Shown here piece by piece: positions 46,292 to 56,519 of a DNA stretch of 64,000 bases (its first letter is position 1; every line of letters begins with the position of its first letter). The notes beneath the pieces were generated by a model that was not told the DNA's origin, did no database searches, and worked only from the letters and a program-made list of their open reading frames with translations. Source of the stretch: Polyangiaceae bacterium (GTDB lineage Bacteria; Myxococcota_A; Polyangia; Polyangiales; Polyangiaceae). The stretch spans positions 303,350-367,349 of the forward strand of contig JBNKBE010000003.1 of NCBI GenBank assembly GCA_050287085.1, given 5' to 3'. Position numbers and translations under genes: made by a program.

Positions 46292-48082
46292 TTACTGCTT
46301 GTCTGCGTATTCGTCGAGTGTTTCCGGCACGAAGACCGTCAAAACTCGTGTCACGTACGCGTCAAACCCGGCCGCAGCGTTGCTCGAGTAGACCTGCTCG
46401 GGAGTCAACTTCTCGTGATATATGCGGTTCGTGTCTGGGGGGACCCACTTGGTGAAACGCCGAAGCACAAACGGGCGCTGCCGCCCCGGCAGATAGAACT
46501 CACTGCGCACCATCATGCTCAGCGCAACAAAGACGCCCCGTGGTGATTGCGTCGTGTACGCGCCATTCATTTCTATGCGGTAGCGAATGAGCAGTGTGGG
46601 CACCTCGCTCGGGGGCAATTCGGCCACCGCCGGATCGACCAGCTCGCCGGGAACAAAGTGGAGGATCTCCTGGGGAAATGGCTCCTGCAAGTGGGAGATG
46701 AGCTTGTCCAAGAAGACGCGCTCCCGCGACTCGGCGTAGGAACGAGCGAAGTATTGGGAGGGTAGAGTCTTGTTGCCGACGAAGTAGGCACTTCGACGAA
46801 GCAGGCTATCGGCCCGTTCGACGGAAACCGGCACCTGGGGTTGAACACGAAGCTCAACACGTGGGCCATGTTGTTCCGAATAGTGGATCAGCTCCGCGAA
46901 GAACTCTTGAACGCGCAACCCGCTCTTGGCTCCCGCGACGTAGTTCGCACGAGCCGCCTCGTAGACGGCATGGCGCGCCGCGGCAAGTTCCGCCGCGATC
47001 TTCGGGTGACTGGCGTGGGCGCTCTTGAAAGCGTCGATCGCGGCCAAGGTGCCCTTGGCCCGCACATTCGTGAGCTCGGCGAGGAGTTCATCGCGCAGCG
47101 CCGCGTCGATCCGGTCCTGGATCTGACTCTTCGGATGGGCTTCAGCGTAGGCTTCCACACGCTCCAGAGACCCGCGGGCGGCCCGCAGCTCGGCGATTGG
47201 CAGCAGCAGCTCCCTCACCTCCGACCGTTTGCCCCCTCGCGCCATGTAGGCGCGATAGGCAGCCACGGTATCCCGAGCGCGAACCGCGTCGTAGAGCGCT
47301 CGGTCGGCAAGCTTGTTCCGCGTCAGGAACAGCACGCCCCCAACCGCGGACAAGCTGAAGACGAGCAGGCCATAGCGCAACAATGGCGCGCGACGCCCCA
47401 GACGAATCGAATCCGGAGACGAAAGCGGATTCGAAAAGCCGCTATCGCGGAGCGGGTCGAGCACGGCTAGCTCGCGCCGATTGCCAAGACTGAGAGCTTC
47501 CCCATAGCGCCTCCGGTAGTCGTCGAGTTCTTGGTCCACCGTCTCCGACGCTTTCGGCAGAGTGAAGACGAATTGCGCGGCCCCAAACTGGAGAACAATA
47601 CGCCGCCCCTGTACCTGCTTTCGTGTGAGCTGCGGCCACGGGAATAGGCGCAGACTGTCGCTCGCGGCCACAATGACGCCAACAGGAAATAGGTATGTTC
47701 CGAGTTCGTACGGATAGCGCTCGGGCCGAGTCCGCTCGGACCAAAAACGAGCCAGACAGGCCCCGGCACCAGCCCCCAACACGACGTAGATAGCAGCCAT
47801 CGGACGAGGCTGAAGGGACAAGGGGGAGTCGATCCGCGCCCAACCAAGGACCATCACGACAACGATGCCTATCGCCAGACTGGCAGCCAAGACCAACCAC
47901 AGCCAAGACATCACCCCGGACATAGCGTTGAAGGCAAGCGGCGTCGGGGCGCCTTGCCCACGCGTCGAGGCGACGAATCGATCCTGGATCGGACGCGACA
48001 ACAGGTTGAACTGAAACTCGGTCCGGGGTGCTGGCGCATTCTGCAGCGGCTGGGGAGGCTGCTTGGGTTCCGCGTGCGACAT
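46292..48082 (-). CDS. Hypothetical membrane protein (three TMs plus large soluble C-terminal region)
   Basis: Long ORF with three hydrophobic segments and repeated helical units (DTVAAYRAY, GSLERVEAY, GTLAAIDAF). Confidence 0.75.
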   Translation of the reverse strand: MSHAEPKQPPQPLQNAPAPRTEFQFNLLSRPIQDRFVASTRGQGAPTPLAFNAMSGVMSWLWLVLAASLAIGIVVVMVLGWARIDSPLSLQPRPMAAIYVVLGAGAGACLARFWSERTRPERYPYELGTYLFPVGVIVAASDSLRLFPWPQLTRKQVQGRRIVLQFGAAQFVFTLPKASETVDQELDDYRRRYGEALSLGNRRELAVLDPLRDSGFSNPLSSPDSIRLGRRAPLLRYGLLVFSLSAVGGVLFLTRNKLADRALYDAVRARDTVAAYRAYMARGGKRSEVRELLLPIAELRAARGSLERVEAYAEAHPKSQIQDRIDAALRDELLAELTNVRAKGTLAAIDAFKSAHASHPKIAAELAAARHAVYEAARANYVAGAKSGLRVQEFFAELIHYSEQHGPRVELRVQPQVPVSVERADSLLRRSAYFVGNKTLPSQYFARSYAESRERVFLDKLISHLQEPFPQEILHFVPGELVDPAVAELPPSEVPTLLIRYRIEMNGAYTTQSPRGVFVALSMMVRSEFYLPGRQRPFVLRRFTKWVPPDTNRIYHEKLTPEQVYSSNAAAGFDAYVTRVLTVFVPETLDEYADKQ

Positions 48083-48512
48083 CGTCGCCACACTAACGGC
48101 AACCGAACGCAAAACCAATAATTCAGGGCACGGCAACACAAAGCGTGAGCGCGCATCCCCTCGCTCCGCCCCATTCGGCCCCCGTGAACGTCGACACTCA
48201 GCGCTCACCCGGAGCTGAGTCAGGGGGACTCACTCCCACTCTGGCAAACAAGACAAGCCCTACTGCAAGCTCGCAGGCAGCCTCCAAAACGCACCTATTG
48301 CCTTCTTTCTAGGCTAGCATTTGGTCGCAATTGCGAGGACGCTGACTCTGTTCCATCGTACTCGAATGCGGTCGCGACAGCCATGGCGGGGCCACAGGAG
48401 CATGACCACTAGGGCATGACCAGAAGCCGGACCACAGCGGAGGGCTAGCCAAGTGAAGACAGAAGAGTCATCAGCACGAGAACTATCGTCGACGCGCTTG
48501 GCCGAGCCCGCA

Positions 48513-48902
48513 ATGGGCCTGTCCACCACGCGCCGGATCTTGCTCGTTGACGACGAACCATCGGTGAGGCGTGTGGGAGAAAAGGCCCTGCACCGCGCCG
48601 GATTCGAGGTCCTCTTGGCTGAAAATGGGCAGCGAGCGCTGGAGGTCTATGGGCAACACGGCCCCGGCATTGAACTCGTGATCCTCGATATGTCCATGCC
48701 GGGAATGGGGGGTCTGGAAACGTTCGCGGGGCTGAAAGCGCTGAACGCCAACGTACGAGTACTGCTGTCGAGCGGGTATGACACCGTGGAAGCAAGCGCT
48801 GCCTGCTCTCACGGGGGTCCCATGGGAGTTCTGCAGAAGCCCTATCGCGTCGCTGCGCTCTTGGAGCAAGTCACCGCGGCGCTCAACGCCCCTGCCTGCT
48901 GA
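48513..48902 (+). CDS. Single-domain response regulator receiver
   Basis: LLVDDE, ILDMSMPG, SSGY and QKPY. Start 48453 or 48513. Confidence 0.88.
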   Translation: MGLSTTRRILLVDDEPSVRRVGEKALHRAGFEVLLAENGQRALEVYGQHGPGIELVILDMSMPGMGGLETFAGLKALNANVRVLLSSGYDTVEASAACSHGGPMGVLQKPYRVAALLEQVTAALNAPAC

Positions 48903-49209
48903 AAGGGCCTTGGCCGAGAAAAATAGTGGCTTCGGTTAACCCGGAGCGAACTCGGTAGCCTCGCCTCCCGAGTGGGTCGATGCGTACGCCACCTGCCCTG
49001 CTCGGCGCGCCAGGCTCGCTCAATCAGGCCGCACCGCCTCCCGGGTGGGTGGCTGCGGCGCGTCGACGACGCTTGTGCAGCAGCGACCACAACGCCCGAA
49101 ACACCTACAAATGCAGGGGCACAAGCGCACCCTCTCTTGGCGATCCAGACCAATACATATCCCACCCTGACGCGGGACTCCTCACTCGCTCCACCCAAAA
49201 AGTGAGTTC

Positions 49210-49234
49210 ACCCTACAAAAATAGGGTCTTTTTG
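49210..49234 (+). terminator. Possible intrinsic terminator in the long intergenic region
   Basis: ACCCTA-CAAAAA-TAGGGT followed by CTTTTTG. Confidence 0.4.
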
Positions 49235-49748
49235 CTTGTCCTTTTCGATCTATGAGGACATATAGCCAAGCGTTAGCAGTATGCAGCGATTAAGCGGCAG
49301 TCGGCACGCTTCTGAAGGCGGTTCCCTGACCATCGGATATCGGCCTTGGCGGCACGCTGGCGAGCCCCTCGTACAAGCTTCGGAGCGTGTATGACCGAAG
49401 CGACATGGACGCGGATGGCCAAGAGCAGGTGCCGCTCGTGAGGACCCTCATTGTGGCCTGGCCGCCGCTGCTGCAAGCGGCTCGTTCCCAGATTCAAAGC
49501 AAAACGGTTCAGATTCACTACGGCATGGCCGTATGGCCCAGCAACCAGAATGCCCCAATATGCGGGTCGCCCAAGACCCCCGATGACCCGACTGCCGGGT
49601 CACCCTAAAGCCACGGCGTCCCAGATGAAGATGGAGCTGGTGAAGATGGGGCAAAGTCCGTGTTCGCTCAAACTCACCCCGAAGCGTGAACAAGCACGCA
49701 AAACGCAGGGGGTCCTATGGGACCCGTTAGGAAGTCGAGGTAATCAAT

Positions 49749-50081
49749 ATGGCAGCAGCTAAGACCACCGGGATTAAAGAGAAATACACCAAGAGCCAGA
49801 TTCTGGCCGAGCTCGCAGAAAAGACGGGGCTCAGCAAGAAGGACGTGGGCGGCCTCCTGGAAGAGCTATCCAACCTGATCGAGCGGCACATCAAGAAGAA
49901 GTCCGTCGGCGAGTTTACCCTCCCCGGGCTGCTCAAGATCACCACGGTGCACAAGAAGGCAGTGAAGGCGCGCAAGGGCATCAACCCCTTCACCGGCGAA
50001 GAGCAGATGTTCAAGGCCAAGCCGGCACACACGGTGGTCAAGGTCCGTCCGCTCAAGAAGCTGAAGGAAATGGCCGACTGA
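49749..50081 (+). CDS. hup: HU-family DNA-binding protein
   Basis: TKSQILAELAEKTGLSKKDV, FTLPGL and ARKGINPFTGE. Confidence 0.92.
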   Translation: MAAAKTTGIKEKYTKSQILAELAEKTGLSKKDVGGLLEELSNLIERHIKKKSVGEFTLPGLLKITTVHKKAVKARKGINPFTGEEQMFKAKPAHTVVKVRPLKKLKEMAD

Positions 50082-50144
50082 AGCGCTCTGTTCCTTGCGC
50101 CCCCGACAGACTCCAACCGGAGTTCTTGAAAAGCGCATGATGAA

Positions 50145-50185
50145 AGGCCCGGGCCTCCTAGGGGGTACCGGGCCTCTCTTGTTGT
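50145..50185 (+). terminator. Intrinsic terminator after HU
   Basis: AGGCCCGG..CCGGGCCT stem with an inner helix, followed by CTCTTGTTGT; lies between convergent genes. Confidence 0.65.
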
Positions 50186-50220
50186 GTCGACCGCATGGTC
50201 CCCACTCAGGGCGGCCCGAC

Positions 50221-51150
50221 TCAGCGACGCGGGGTCCCCCCCAGCTGAAGGCGAATCAATTCGCAAACCGAGTAGACCTGCAACGACGTCCCAATCGCCA
50301 ACACACGGCCAGTTCGCGCCCAAGCGCTGAGGGGCCGACCGCCATGTCCACCACGCGACGCGCGGCGCACCCGCCCGAGCGGAGGGAGACAAGCGCGACC
50401 CAAGCACAGACCAAACGCAACCCAATGGGGGTAGCGTTCCCGGGCCATCGTCAGATGCCCTCCTACCAGGCGCGCACGTTTCTTGAGTAGCAGCGCGAGG
50501 CTGGAACGAGCAGGATGACGGACCACAGCGTTCTCCTCGTAAACGAGTTCGACTCCAGCGGCGTGAGCCCGCTGCCCCCATTCCTTGTCTCCGGACGACT
50601 TGAGCTGGGCATTGAACGGTCCCACACGCCGCAATGTATGCGGCGTTGTAAACAGATTCGCCGTCACGCTGTAGTGGCGCTCTTGCACGTACGTTTGTTG
50701 CGAGAAACCAACGGCGAGCTCAAATTCCTCCGCCCACGACGGCCGCCCCCGATGCGGCGTGAACAACACAACGCGTCCACCCACCACGACGAAGGGCCCG
50801 TGTTTCTCGACGGCACGCACCCCCTCCTCCAACCAATTGGGCTCCGGCACGCAGTCTGAGTCAGTGAACGCAACCACATTGCCGGTCACCGCATCCAATC
50901 CGGTGTTGCGGGCCGCGTACGAGCCAGGCCGCCCTTCGCGCAAGAGTCGAGCAAAGGGATAACCGGCTACGATCGCCTCGGGCGGTTGGCGACTCCCGTT
51001 GTCGATCACCAAGACCTCAAATCGTGCGTGTGGCCACGTCTGCTGCGCCAAAGCCTCAAGACAGGTCCGAAGACGCTCCGCATCGTCGAGCACCGGAATG
51101 ATCACACTGACGAAGAATTTGGCGTGAGCGGCCTCAGCTGGCGAGTGCAT
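50221..51150 (-). CDS. Glycosyltransferase family 2
   Basis: VSVIIP, VIDNGS, GSYAARNTG and AFTDSDC (DxD). Confidence 0.92.
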   Translation of the reverse strand: MHSPAEAAHAKFFVSVIIPVLDDAERLRTCLEALAQQTWPHARFEVLVIDNGSRQPPEAIVAGYPFARLLREGRPGSYAARNTGLDAVTGNVVAFTDSDCVPEPNWLEEGVRAVEKHGPFVVVGGRVVLFTPHRGRPSWAEEFELAVGFSQQTYVQERHYSVTANLFTTPHTLRRVGPFNAQLKSSGDKEWGQRAHAAGVELVYEENAVVRHPARSSLALLLKKRARLVGGHLTMARERYPHWVAFGLCLGRACLPPLGRVRRASRGGHGGRPLSAWARTGRVLAIGTSLQVYSVCELIRLQLGGTPRR

Positions 51151-51291
51151 CAACAAAGAAGTCCAAGAGAAGGTGGCGCAAACGCCCCCTCTCTACCGCA
51201 CAGCGCGCGTGAAATCACCCCTTCGAAGGTGCCCTTTCCGGCGTGCAGCAATACCGCTTTTCTGAACGATGCCCCCTTGCTACACAAAGCC

Positions 51292-51771
51292 ATGCCTCTA
51301 CCCCTTGCGGTCCGCGTGTACCTGGAGGACACCGACGCCGGTGGAGTCGTCTACCATGCCAGCTACGTTCGCTACCTCGAACGGGCTCGCACGGAAGCGC
51401 TACGCATGGCGGGTCTTGAGCAAAGTCGCAACTTCGAACACGACCAAAGCTTCGTGGTCGCAAAGCTGGAAGTCCAGTTTCATGCCCCCGCACGCCTCGA
51501 CGCCTTGCTTTGGGTCACTTGTTCTCTCACCGAACACACGGGCGCGCGGCTGATCTTCAGGCAGCGCGTCGAAGACCAGCTCAACGGACGGGTATATTGC
51601 AGCGCTGACGTCCAAGTCGCGTGCATCAGCCTGGCGCGCGGGCGACCCCGCCGCATCGATGCGGCGCTCGTCGAGACGCTGCTCGCTGTCTGCGCGCCGG
51701 ATACGAACCCAGCGGATCTGAGCCCAGCGGCTCCGAGCCCAGCGGATACCAACGCAAGGACAGAAGCGTGA
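51292..51771 (+). CDS. ybgC: YbgC-family acyl-CoA thioesterase
   Basis: RVYLEDTDAGGVVYHASYVRYLERARTE and PARLD. Confidence 0.88.
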   Translation: MPLPLAVRVYLEDTDAGGVVYHASYVRYLERARTEALRMAGLEQSRNFEHDQSFVVAKLEVQFHAPARLDALLWVTCSLTEHTGARLIFRQRVEDQLNGRVYCSADVQVACISLARGRPRRIDAALVETLLAVCAPDTNPADLSPAAPSPADTNARTEA

Positions 51772-52376
51772 CCCAGCGCCCGATGCCACACCGGGTGGCT
51801 GAGGCTTTCGACCACGAAATCGACAAGATCGCTGGGTCGCGTTTTCTTACTCGGCTGATCCCGGCTGATGCCCCGGAACAGGTGCTGGAAGCGCAAGCCC
51901 TGTTGCGCGCGCATCACCCTCACAGTCGCCACGTGTGTTTTGCTTACGTTGGCGATGGTCCGGACGAAGTGCGTTTCTCAGACGACGGCGAGCCCTCGCG
52001 CACCGCCGGCTTTCCTATGCTCAAGGTGCTCCAAGGCGCGTCCATGCGCCGGACAGGAGCTCTCGTCACACGCTATTTTGGTGGTACTAAGCTCGGCACC
52101 GGCGGGCTTGTGCGCGCCTATACCCAAGCCGTTCGCGAAGCCCTCGAGCACTGCCCTCTGCTGCCCTCAGTGCCGCTGCGCCACATTGTCGTTCGCTGCA
52201 GCTACGCTCAGGAGCCGCTTGCACGCCACGCGCTTCAGGCCGCAGAAGTCGAACGCTTGCAAGCCCATTACGACGCGCAGGTAACACTCAGCGGCAGGGC
52301 ACCCGACGTGCGACTGGGCGAGCTGACAACCCGGCTGGAGCCGGCCGAGGGCTTCCTAGTGACCATTGGTGACTAG
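51768..52376 (+). CDS. yigZ: YigZ/IMPACT family protein
   Basis: GSRF, HVCFAY, FSDDGEP..TAG.PML and VTRYFGGTKLGTGGLVRAY; GTGA overlap with ybgC. Confidence 0.92.
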   Translation: MTQRPMPHRVAEAFDHEIDKIAGSRFLTRLIPADAPEQVLEAQALLRAHHPHSRHVCFAYVGDGPDEVRFSDDGEPSRTAGFPMLKVLQGASMRRTGALVTRYFGGTKLGTGGLVRAYTQAVREALEHCPLLPSVPLRHIVVRCSYAQEPLARHALQAAEVERLQAHYDAQVTLSGRAPDVRLGELTTRLEPAEGFLVTIGD

Positions 52377-52470
52377 CGGAGCCGTGTGGCCTGCGCTCCG
52401 CGCCCCCTACTGCGGCACGCGCCACGCAAGAGCAAGCCGACGAGCCGCAGCTCGGACGGGTGGACAGACG

Positions 52471-52680
52471 TCAGTGTGCTGCGGCAGTGGAGTCCGACGC
52501 TCCGGAGCTGTCATGGGCTGCCCCATGCCCGGCTTCGCCGCTCTGCGTCTCCCCGTGAGATGCCCCACTTGCCAGCAGCGCTACGAACCCACCGCCGACG
52601 ACCACAAAGGTCAGACAAACAACAACGATCGCGCCCATGACTCCAGACAGAAAGGGCTTTGGCTCAGTGGATTCAGACAT
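52471..52680 (-). CDS. Small single-TM protein with His/Ser-rich tail
   Basis: 69 aa; one clear TM helix and tail SHGETQSGEAGHGAAH..AAAH; otherwise empty intergenic space. Confidence 0.55.
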   Translation of the reverse strand: MSESTEPKPFLSGVMGAIVVVCLTFVVVGGGFVALLASGASHGETQSGEAGHGAAHDSSGASDSTAAAH

Positions 52681-52911
52681 GCTTTCAAACTTTCCTGCCA
52701 GTGCAGTGGCCTACTCGAACGGCCCCAAGTCACAGGACCTCCGTCCTGACTCGTGGTCGACGGCCGAATGATAGCCAAGAAGTACGAGATGGCAACGACG
52801 ATGTCAGCCCTCGGCTGAAGGCTGGGCGAGCGCGGCTGACCCTGGAACTCCGCTGTACTTCAGGACACCACGCGGTTGCTAGGTCCGACGGGAGCGTGCT
52901 AGGCGCCCCCC

Positions 52912-53826
52912 ATGCCTGCGTTCGTCGATCGCCTGCTCAGCGCCCAGCGCAACTTGGGCCACTGCTTGTGTGTCGGTCTGGATCCCCACCTCTCACACTT
53001 GCCTCCGCCCTTCCGCGTCGCTTCAACCCCACGTACCGACTCGGCCACCATCAAGCAGGTGGAAGGCTTTCTGGACTGCGCTTTGGCCGCGCTGGCCGAC
53101 ACGGTGCCCGTTCTCAAGCCACAGTGTGCGTTTTTTGAACAGCTGGGCCCTGCCGGCTTCGCACTCCTTGCGCGGATTACCCAACGAGCACGCAGCCAAG
53201 GATTCCTCGTCATCATGGATGCGAAGCGAGGGGACATCGGCTCCACCGCCGCCGCCTACGCAAGCACCTTTCTGGCCCCCGGCGCCGAACTCGAGAGTGA
53301 CGCCCTGACCGTCAACCCCTACCTCGGCATGGACAGCCTCGAACCGTTCCTCGCAGCGTGCGAACAACACGACAAGGGGCTATTTGTGTTGTGCAAGACG
53401 AGCAATCCGGGCTCGGGTGACTTCCAAGACCGTCTGGTGGAGGGCGAGCCGCTATTTTTGCACGTGGCCAGGCTCCTGAGTAGCCAGGCTCCAAGACTCG
53501 GCAGCAGTGTCACGGCCTGGTCCGGTCTCGGCCTGGTCGTGGGCGCGACCCACAGCCAACACGCGGAAAGCATTCGTCGAGCTTGCCCGAGCGGCCTTTT
53601 TCTGGTGCCCGGCCTGGGCGCCCAGGGCGCCGCCCCGGAAGACTGCGTCCGTGGGTTCGTTCCTAGCGCTCAGGGCCTCGAAGGCGGCATCGTTTCCGCA
53701 AGCCGAAGTGTGCTCTTTCCGCCCGCGGCCGCCCAGGCTCAAAGGGAGGAGGAGGTATACGACGCCATCAAAGCGAGCGCGCAGCAGACCGCCCGGGCCA
53801 TGGCCGCCGCCTGTCGCGAGACATGA
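52912..53826 (+). CDS. pyrF: Orotidine-5'-phosphate decarboxylase
   Basis: LCVGLDP, KPQ.AFFE, DAKRGDIGST, NPYLG, KTSNPGS, VVGAT and LVPG.GAQG. Confidence 0.95.
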   Translation: MPAFVDRLLSAQRNLGHCLCVGLDPHLSHLPPPFRVASTPRTDSATIKQVEGFLDCALAALADTVPVLKPQCAFFEQLGPAGFALLARITQRARSQGFLVIMDAKRGDIGSTAAAYASTFLAPGAELESDALTVNPYLGMDSLEPFLAACEQHDKGLFVLCKTSNPGSGDFQDRLVEGEPLFLHVARLLSSQAPRLGSSVTAWSGLGLVVGATHSQHAESIRRACPSGLFLVPGLGAQGAAPEDCVRGFVPSAQGLEGGIVSASRSVLFPPAAAQAQREEEVYDAIKASAQQTARAMAAACRET

Positions 53827-53898
53827 ACACGTAGTTCGCTCTGGGCTACCGCCTCGGCGATCGTTGCATGATCGGCCCCGACCCGGCAAAGTAGCCCT

Positions 53899-55077
53899 GT
53901 GCTCAGGCTCTCGTTTCGCCCCGCGCAGAAACCGCCGGCTGCTCCGACCTGGCGCGACGCGCAGCTCTTCGTGGGGCTAACGCCGTCGGAAATGGACTGG
54001 CTCGAGAGACACATCGTCGAGCTTCAACTCGCGCCCGAGCAGATCTTGGTACGCGAAGGGGACACCGGACACGAGCTGTACGCGATCCTCACCGGACAGC
54101 TTTCAGTTACCAAAAGAGAAGAGCACTCCACCCGCGCGCATGAGCTCAAGGTGCTGGGTCCGGGCGACGTTGCGGGCGAACTCGAGGTGCTCGATCCGAA
54201 AGGGCGGGCTGCAACTGTGACCGCCCTTTCACGGTGTCGAATCGCCGTCGTCAACCTCCAACAGCTCCGGCACCAGGACGCGTCCCCTACAAAGCTCGCA
54301 GAAGGCATCTATTTCAAGCTGGTTGCCAACCTGGCCAGCTCGGTCGCCGCAAAGCTACGAGACGGCAGTGCCGACGCCGTTCACGCTGCGCATCGGCGCT
54401 CAGCGATGGGAGAGCTGATCGTCAACGTCATCATCCTGCTGTGTCTCTACGTGCTGCTCGTGGCGTCACTATCGTCGCTGGGCCTCAAGCCCAACAACAC
54501 GATGGTCATCAGCCTCCCTCTGCTGCTCGTCTTCGGGTTCGCAAGTTGGCGCTTCATACGTACCAGCGGTTATCCGGTCCGAACATTTGGGCTGACCCTT
54601 CGGGGACTGCCTCGCAGCATTGGCGAGAGCATCGTCGCCACGCTTCTTCTTCTGCTGCTAACCACCGGTATCAAGTGGATTCTCCTGCAAACCGACTCTG
54701 CATACGAGCAATCAAGACTGATACAATACCCCGATGTCCTCGCTCGCCTGAGTTCGCCAAGAACCCGCGTGCTCGTGGCAGTCTACGCCCTGTCGGCGGC
54801 CGTGCAGGAATTCATCGTACGGGGGGCCCTTCAGAGCATGCTTCAACAGTTCCTCGTGGGTCCGCGTGCGCTGCAGAAGGCCATTCTCGTGTGCGCGCTG
54901 CTGTTTTCAGTCAGCCACCTGCACACCGGCGTACTGTTTCCACTATTGGTCTTTCTTCCGGGTGTGCTGTGGGGGTGGCTCTTCGCGCGCCACAGGAACA
55001 TCGTCGGAGTGACCCTCTCGCATGTAGCGCTCGGCGCGTACGTGTTCTTTGTTCTGGGCATTAAGTTGGCTTCCTAA
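53899..55077 (+). CDS. Cyclic-nucleotide-binding domain fused to CPBP (Abi/CAAX-II) intramembrane protease domain
   Basis: cNMP motifs REGD, GELEVL and RAATV; multi-TM region with QEFIVRG, FSVSH and VTLSH. Confidence 0.85.
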   Translation: MLRLSFRPAQKPPAAPTWRDAQLFVGLTPSEMDWLERHIVELQLAPEQILVREGDTGHELYAILTGQLSVTKREEHSTRAHELKVLGPGDVAGELEVLDPKGRAATVTALSRCRIAVVNLQQLRHQDASPTKLAEGIYFKLVANLASSVAAKLRDGSADAVHAAHRRSAMGELIVNVIILLCLYVLLVASLSSLGLKPNNTMVISLPLLLVFGFASWRFIRTSGYPVRTFGLTLRGLPRSIGESIVATLLLLLLTTGIKWILLQTDSAYEQSRLIQYPDVLARLSSPRTRVLVAVYALSAAVQEFIVRGALQSMLQQFLVGPRALQKAILVCALLFSVSHLHTGVLFPLLVFLPGVLWGWLFARHRNIVGVTLSHVALGAYVFFVLGIKLAS

Positions 55078-55171
55078 GGGCCTGCGAGGGCGAGTCATCC
55101 TGTGCCGCCTGGCAAAACCCGGTCCCGACCAAACCATTGCTCTCGTTGCCCGCGGGCAATCATCGTTGCAG

Positions 55172-56263
55172 CTACGGCTCTCGGGTAGGCGTCGGGACTT
55201 TGACGCGGTCTGCGGCCGTCACTCCACTCAGGACTTCCGCGTTGATCCCATCGCTGAGTCCCAGCTTTATCTGGCGTCGCTCAAACCGTTGCGGGGCTAC
55301 CTCCACGTCGACGAAGGTGTCTTCCTTTTCGAAGGAAACCACGCCTTCCGGAAGCGTCAGCACTTGCTGACGTGCGTCGAGAATCACATCGGCATTCGCA
55401 CTGTAGTTGGCGCGCAGCAGCGTCCCCGATTGGATATCGACCTTCGCTCGCACCTCGAATTCGATCGTTCCCTCCACCTCCACCCCCTTGGGAGCGATGT
55501 ATTCCAGCCGCCCCGAGAACGTCTTTCCCTGGATAGCCCCAACGCGGATGGTCACGGGCATTTGAGGAACGAGTCGCCCAACCTCGCTCTCGTCGACCTG
55601 CCCCTTGAAGACGAGGTCGCCCATGTCCGCTATCGTCGCGATGGTCGTTCCTTCATTGAAGTTATTCGACTCGATCACCGAGCCTCCTACTTCCACGGGC
55701 ACTTCAAGCACCGTTCCCGCCAGGGTGGCCGTCACCTGGTTCGAACTCGTACCGGCTCCGCGCACCGCCCCCTCGCGGACAAGTACCAAATTGTTCTTGG
55801 CCGCACGTAGCTCTTCGCGGCTCAACTCGTCGTCGAGCACCGACTTGTTGTATTCGGCGGCCCCCACCAACTGCTGCTCGTGGAGACGCTCCAGCCTCAG
55901 CTTCTCCGTCTCGGCGACACGCGCGTTGATCTTCGCGGCCGCTACCCGTGCCTCCGCGGCGTTGACACTAACAACGTTGGGAATGATTCGGATTAGCGCA
56001 AGCAGGTCACCGGCCTCGACTTGTTGCCCGGGTGCCACACGGAGCTCGCGAATGATCCCCGAGACCCTGGGCTTGATAGCCACTTCCCGGCGAGGAACGA
56101 TAGCCCCCGCGGCGACTGTCTTCTCCGTAATGTCGCGCACGGTTGGAACGACCGTCTCGAACACCACCGGTCTCTGCTGAGACTTCTGCCACAAGAAAAA
56201 CAGTGTCCAGCCGAATCCCAATAGGACGATCAGAACGACAAGCCATGGGACAAGGCGTTTCAT
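55172..56263 (-). CDS. MacA-like periplasmic adaptor
   Basis: N-terminal TM, IKPRVSGII, G.SVIESNNFNEGT, VDESEVG and GLSDGINAEV. Confidence 0.92.
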   Translation of the reverse strand: MKRLVPWLVVLIVLLGFGWTLFFLWQKSQQRPVVFETVVPTVRDITEKTVAAGAIVPRREVAIKPRVSGIIRELRVAPGQQVEAGDLLALIRIIPNVVSVNAAEARVAAAKINARVAETEKLRLERLHEQQLVGAAEYNKSVLDDELSREELRAAKNNLVLVREGAVRGAGTSSNQVTATLAGTVLEVPVEVGGSVIESNNFNEGTTIATIADMGDLVFKGQVDESEVGRLVPQMPVTIRVGAIQGKTFSGRLEYIAPKGVEVEGTIEFEVRAKVDIQSGTLLRANYSANADVILDARQQVLTLPEGVVSFEKEDTFVDVEVAPQRFERRQIKLGLSDGINAEVLSGVTAADRVKVPTPTREP

Positions 56264-56519
56264 CGAGACCCCCTACCCGTAGCAGGCCCACCACCGCAAG
56301 TGCCGTTTGCCATCCGCGTGAGGGCTACGCCTCTGAACCAGGTCCGCTCGTATTCTGTCATTGGGGCTGTGTCATGGGTCCGCTCGAGACTCGACTCGGG
56401 GTGCGAAGGGGAAGTGCTCTTTGAGGTGTAGCAGACAATACCAGAGAGAAGGTGCCCGCCACGGGGCTCGAGGTGTCCGGCCCCATCCAGCTGGTGACCG
56501 CGTCTTGCACTTGTCGGCT

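Noticed and set aside
48338..48512. Remnant histidine kinase upstream of the orphan receiver
   Set aside because: The receiver resembles hybrid-kinase tails, but no HATPase motifs are visible upstream.
49180..49290. Replication origin in the A/T-rich patch
   Set aside because: No DnaA boxes seen and no dnaA/gidA context.
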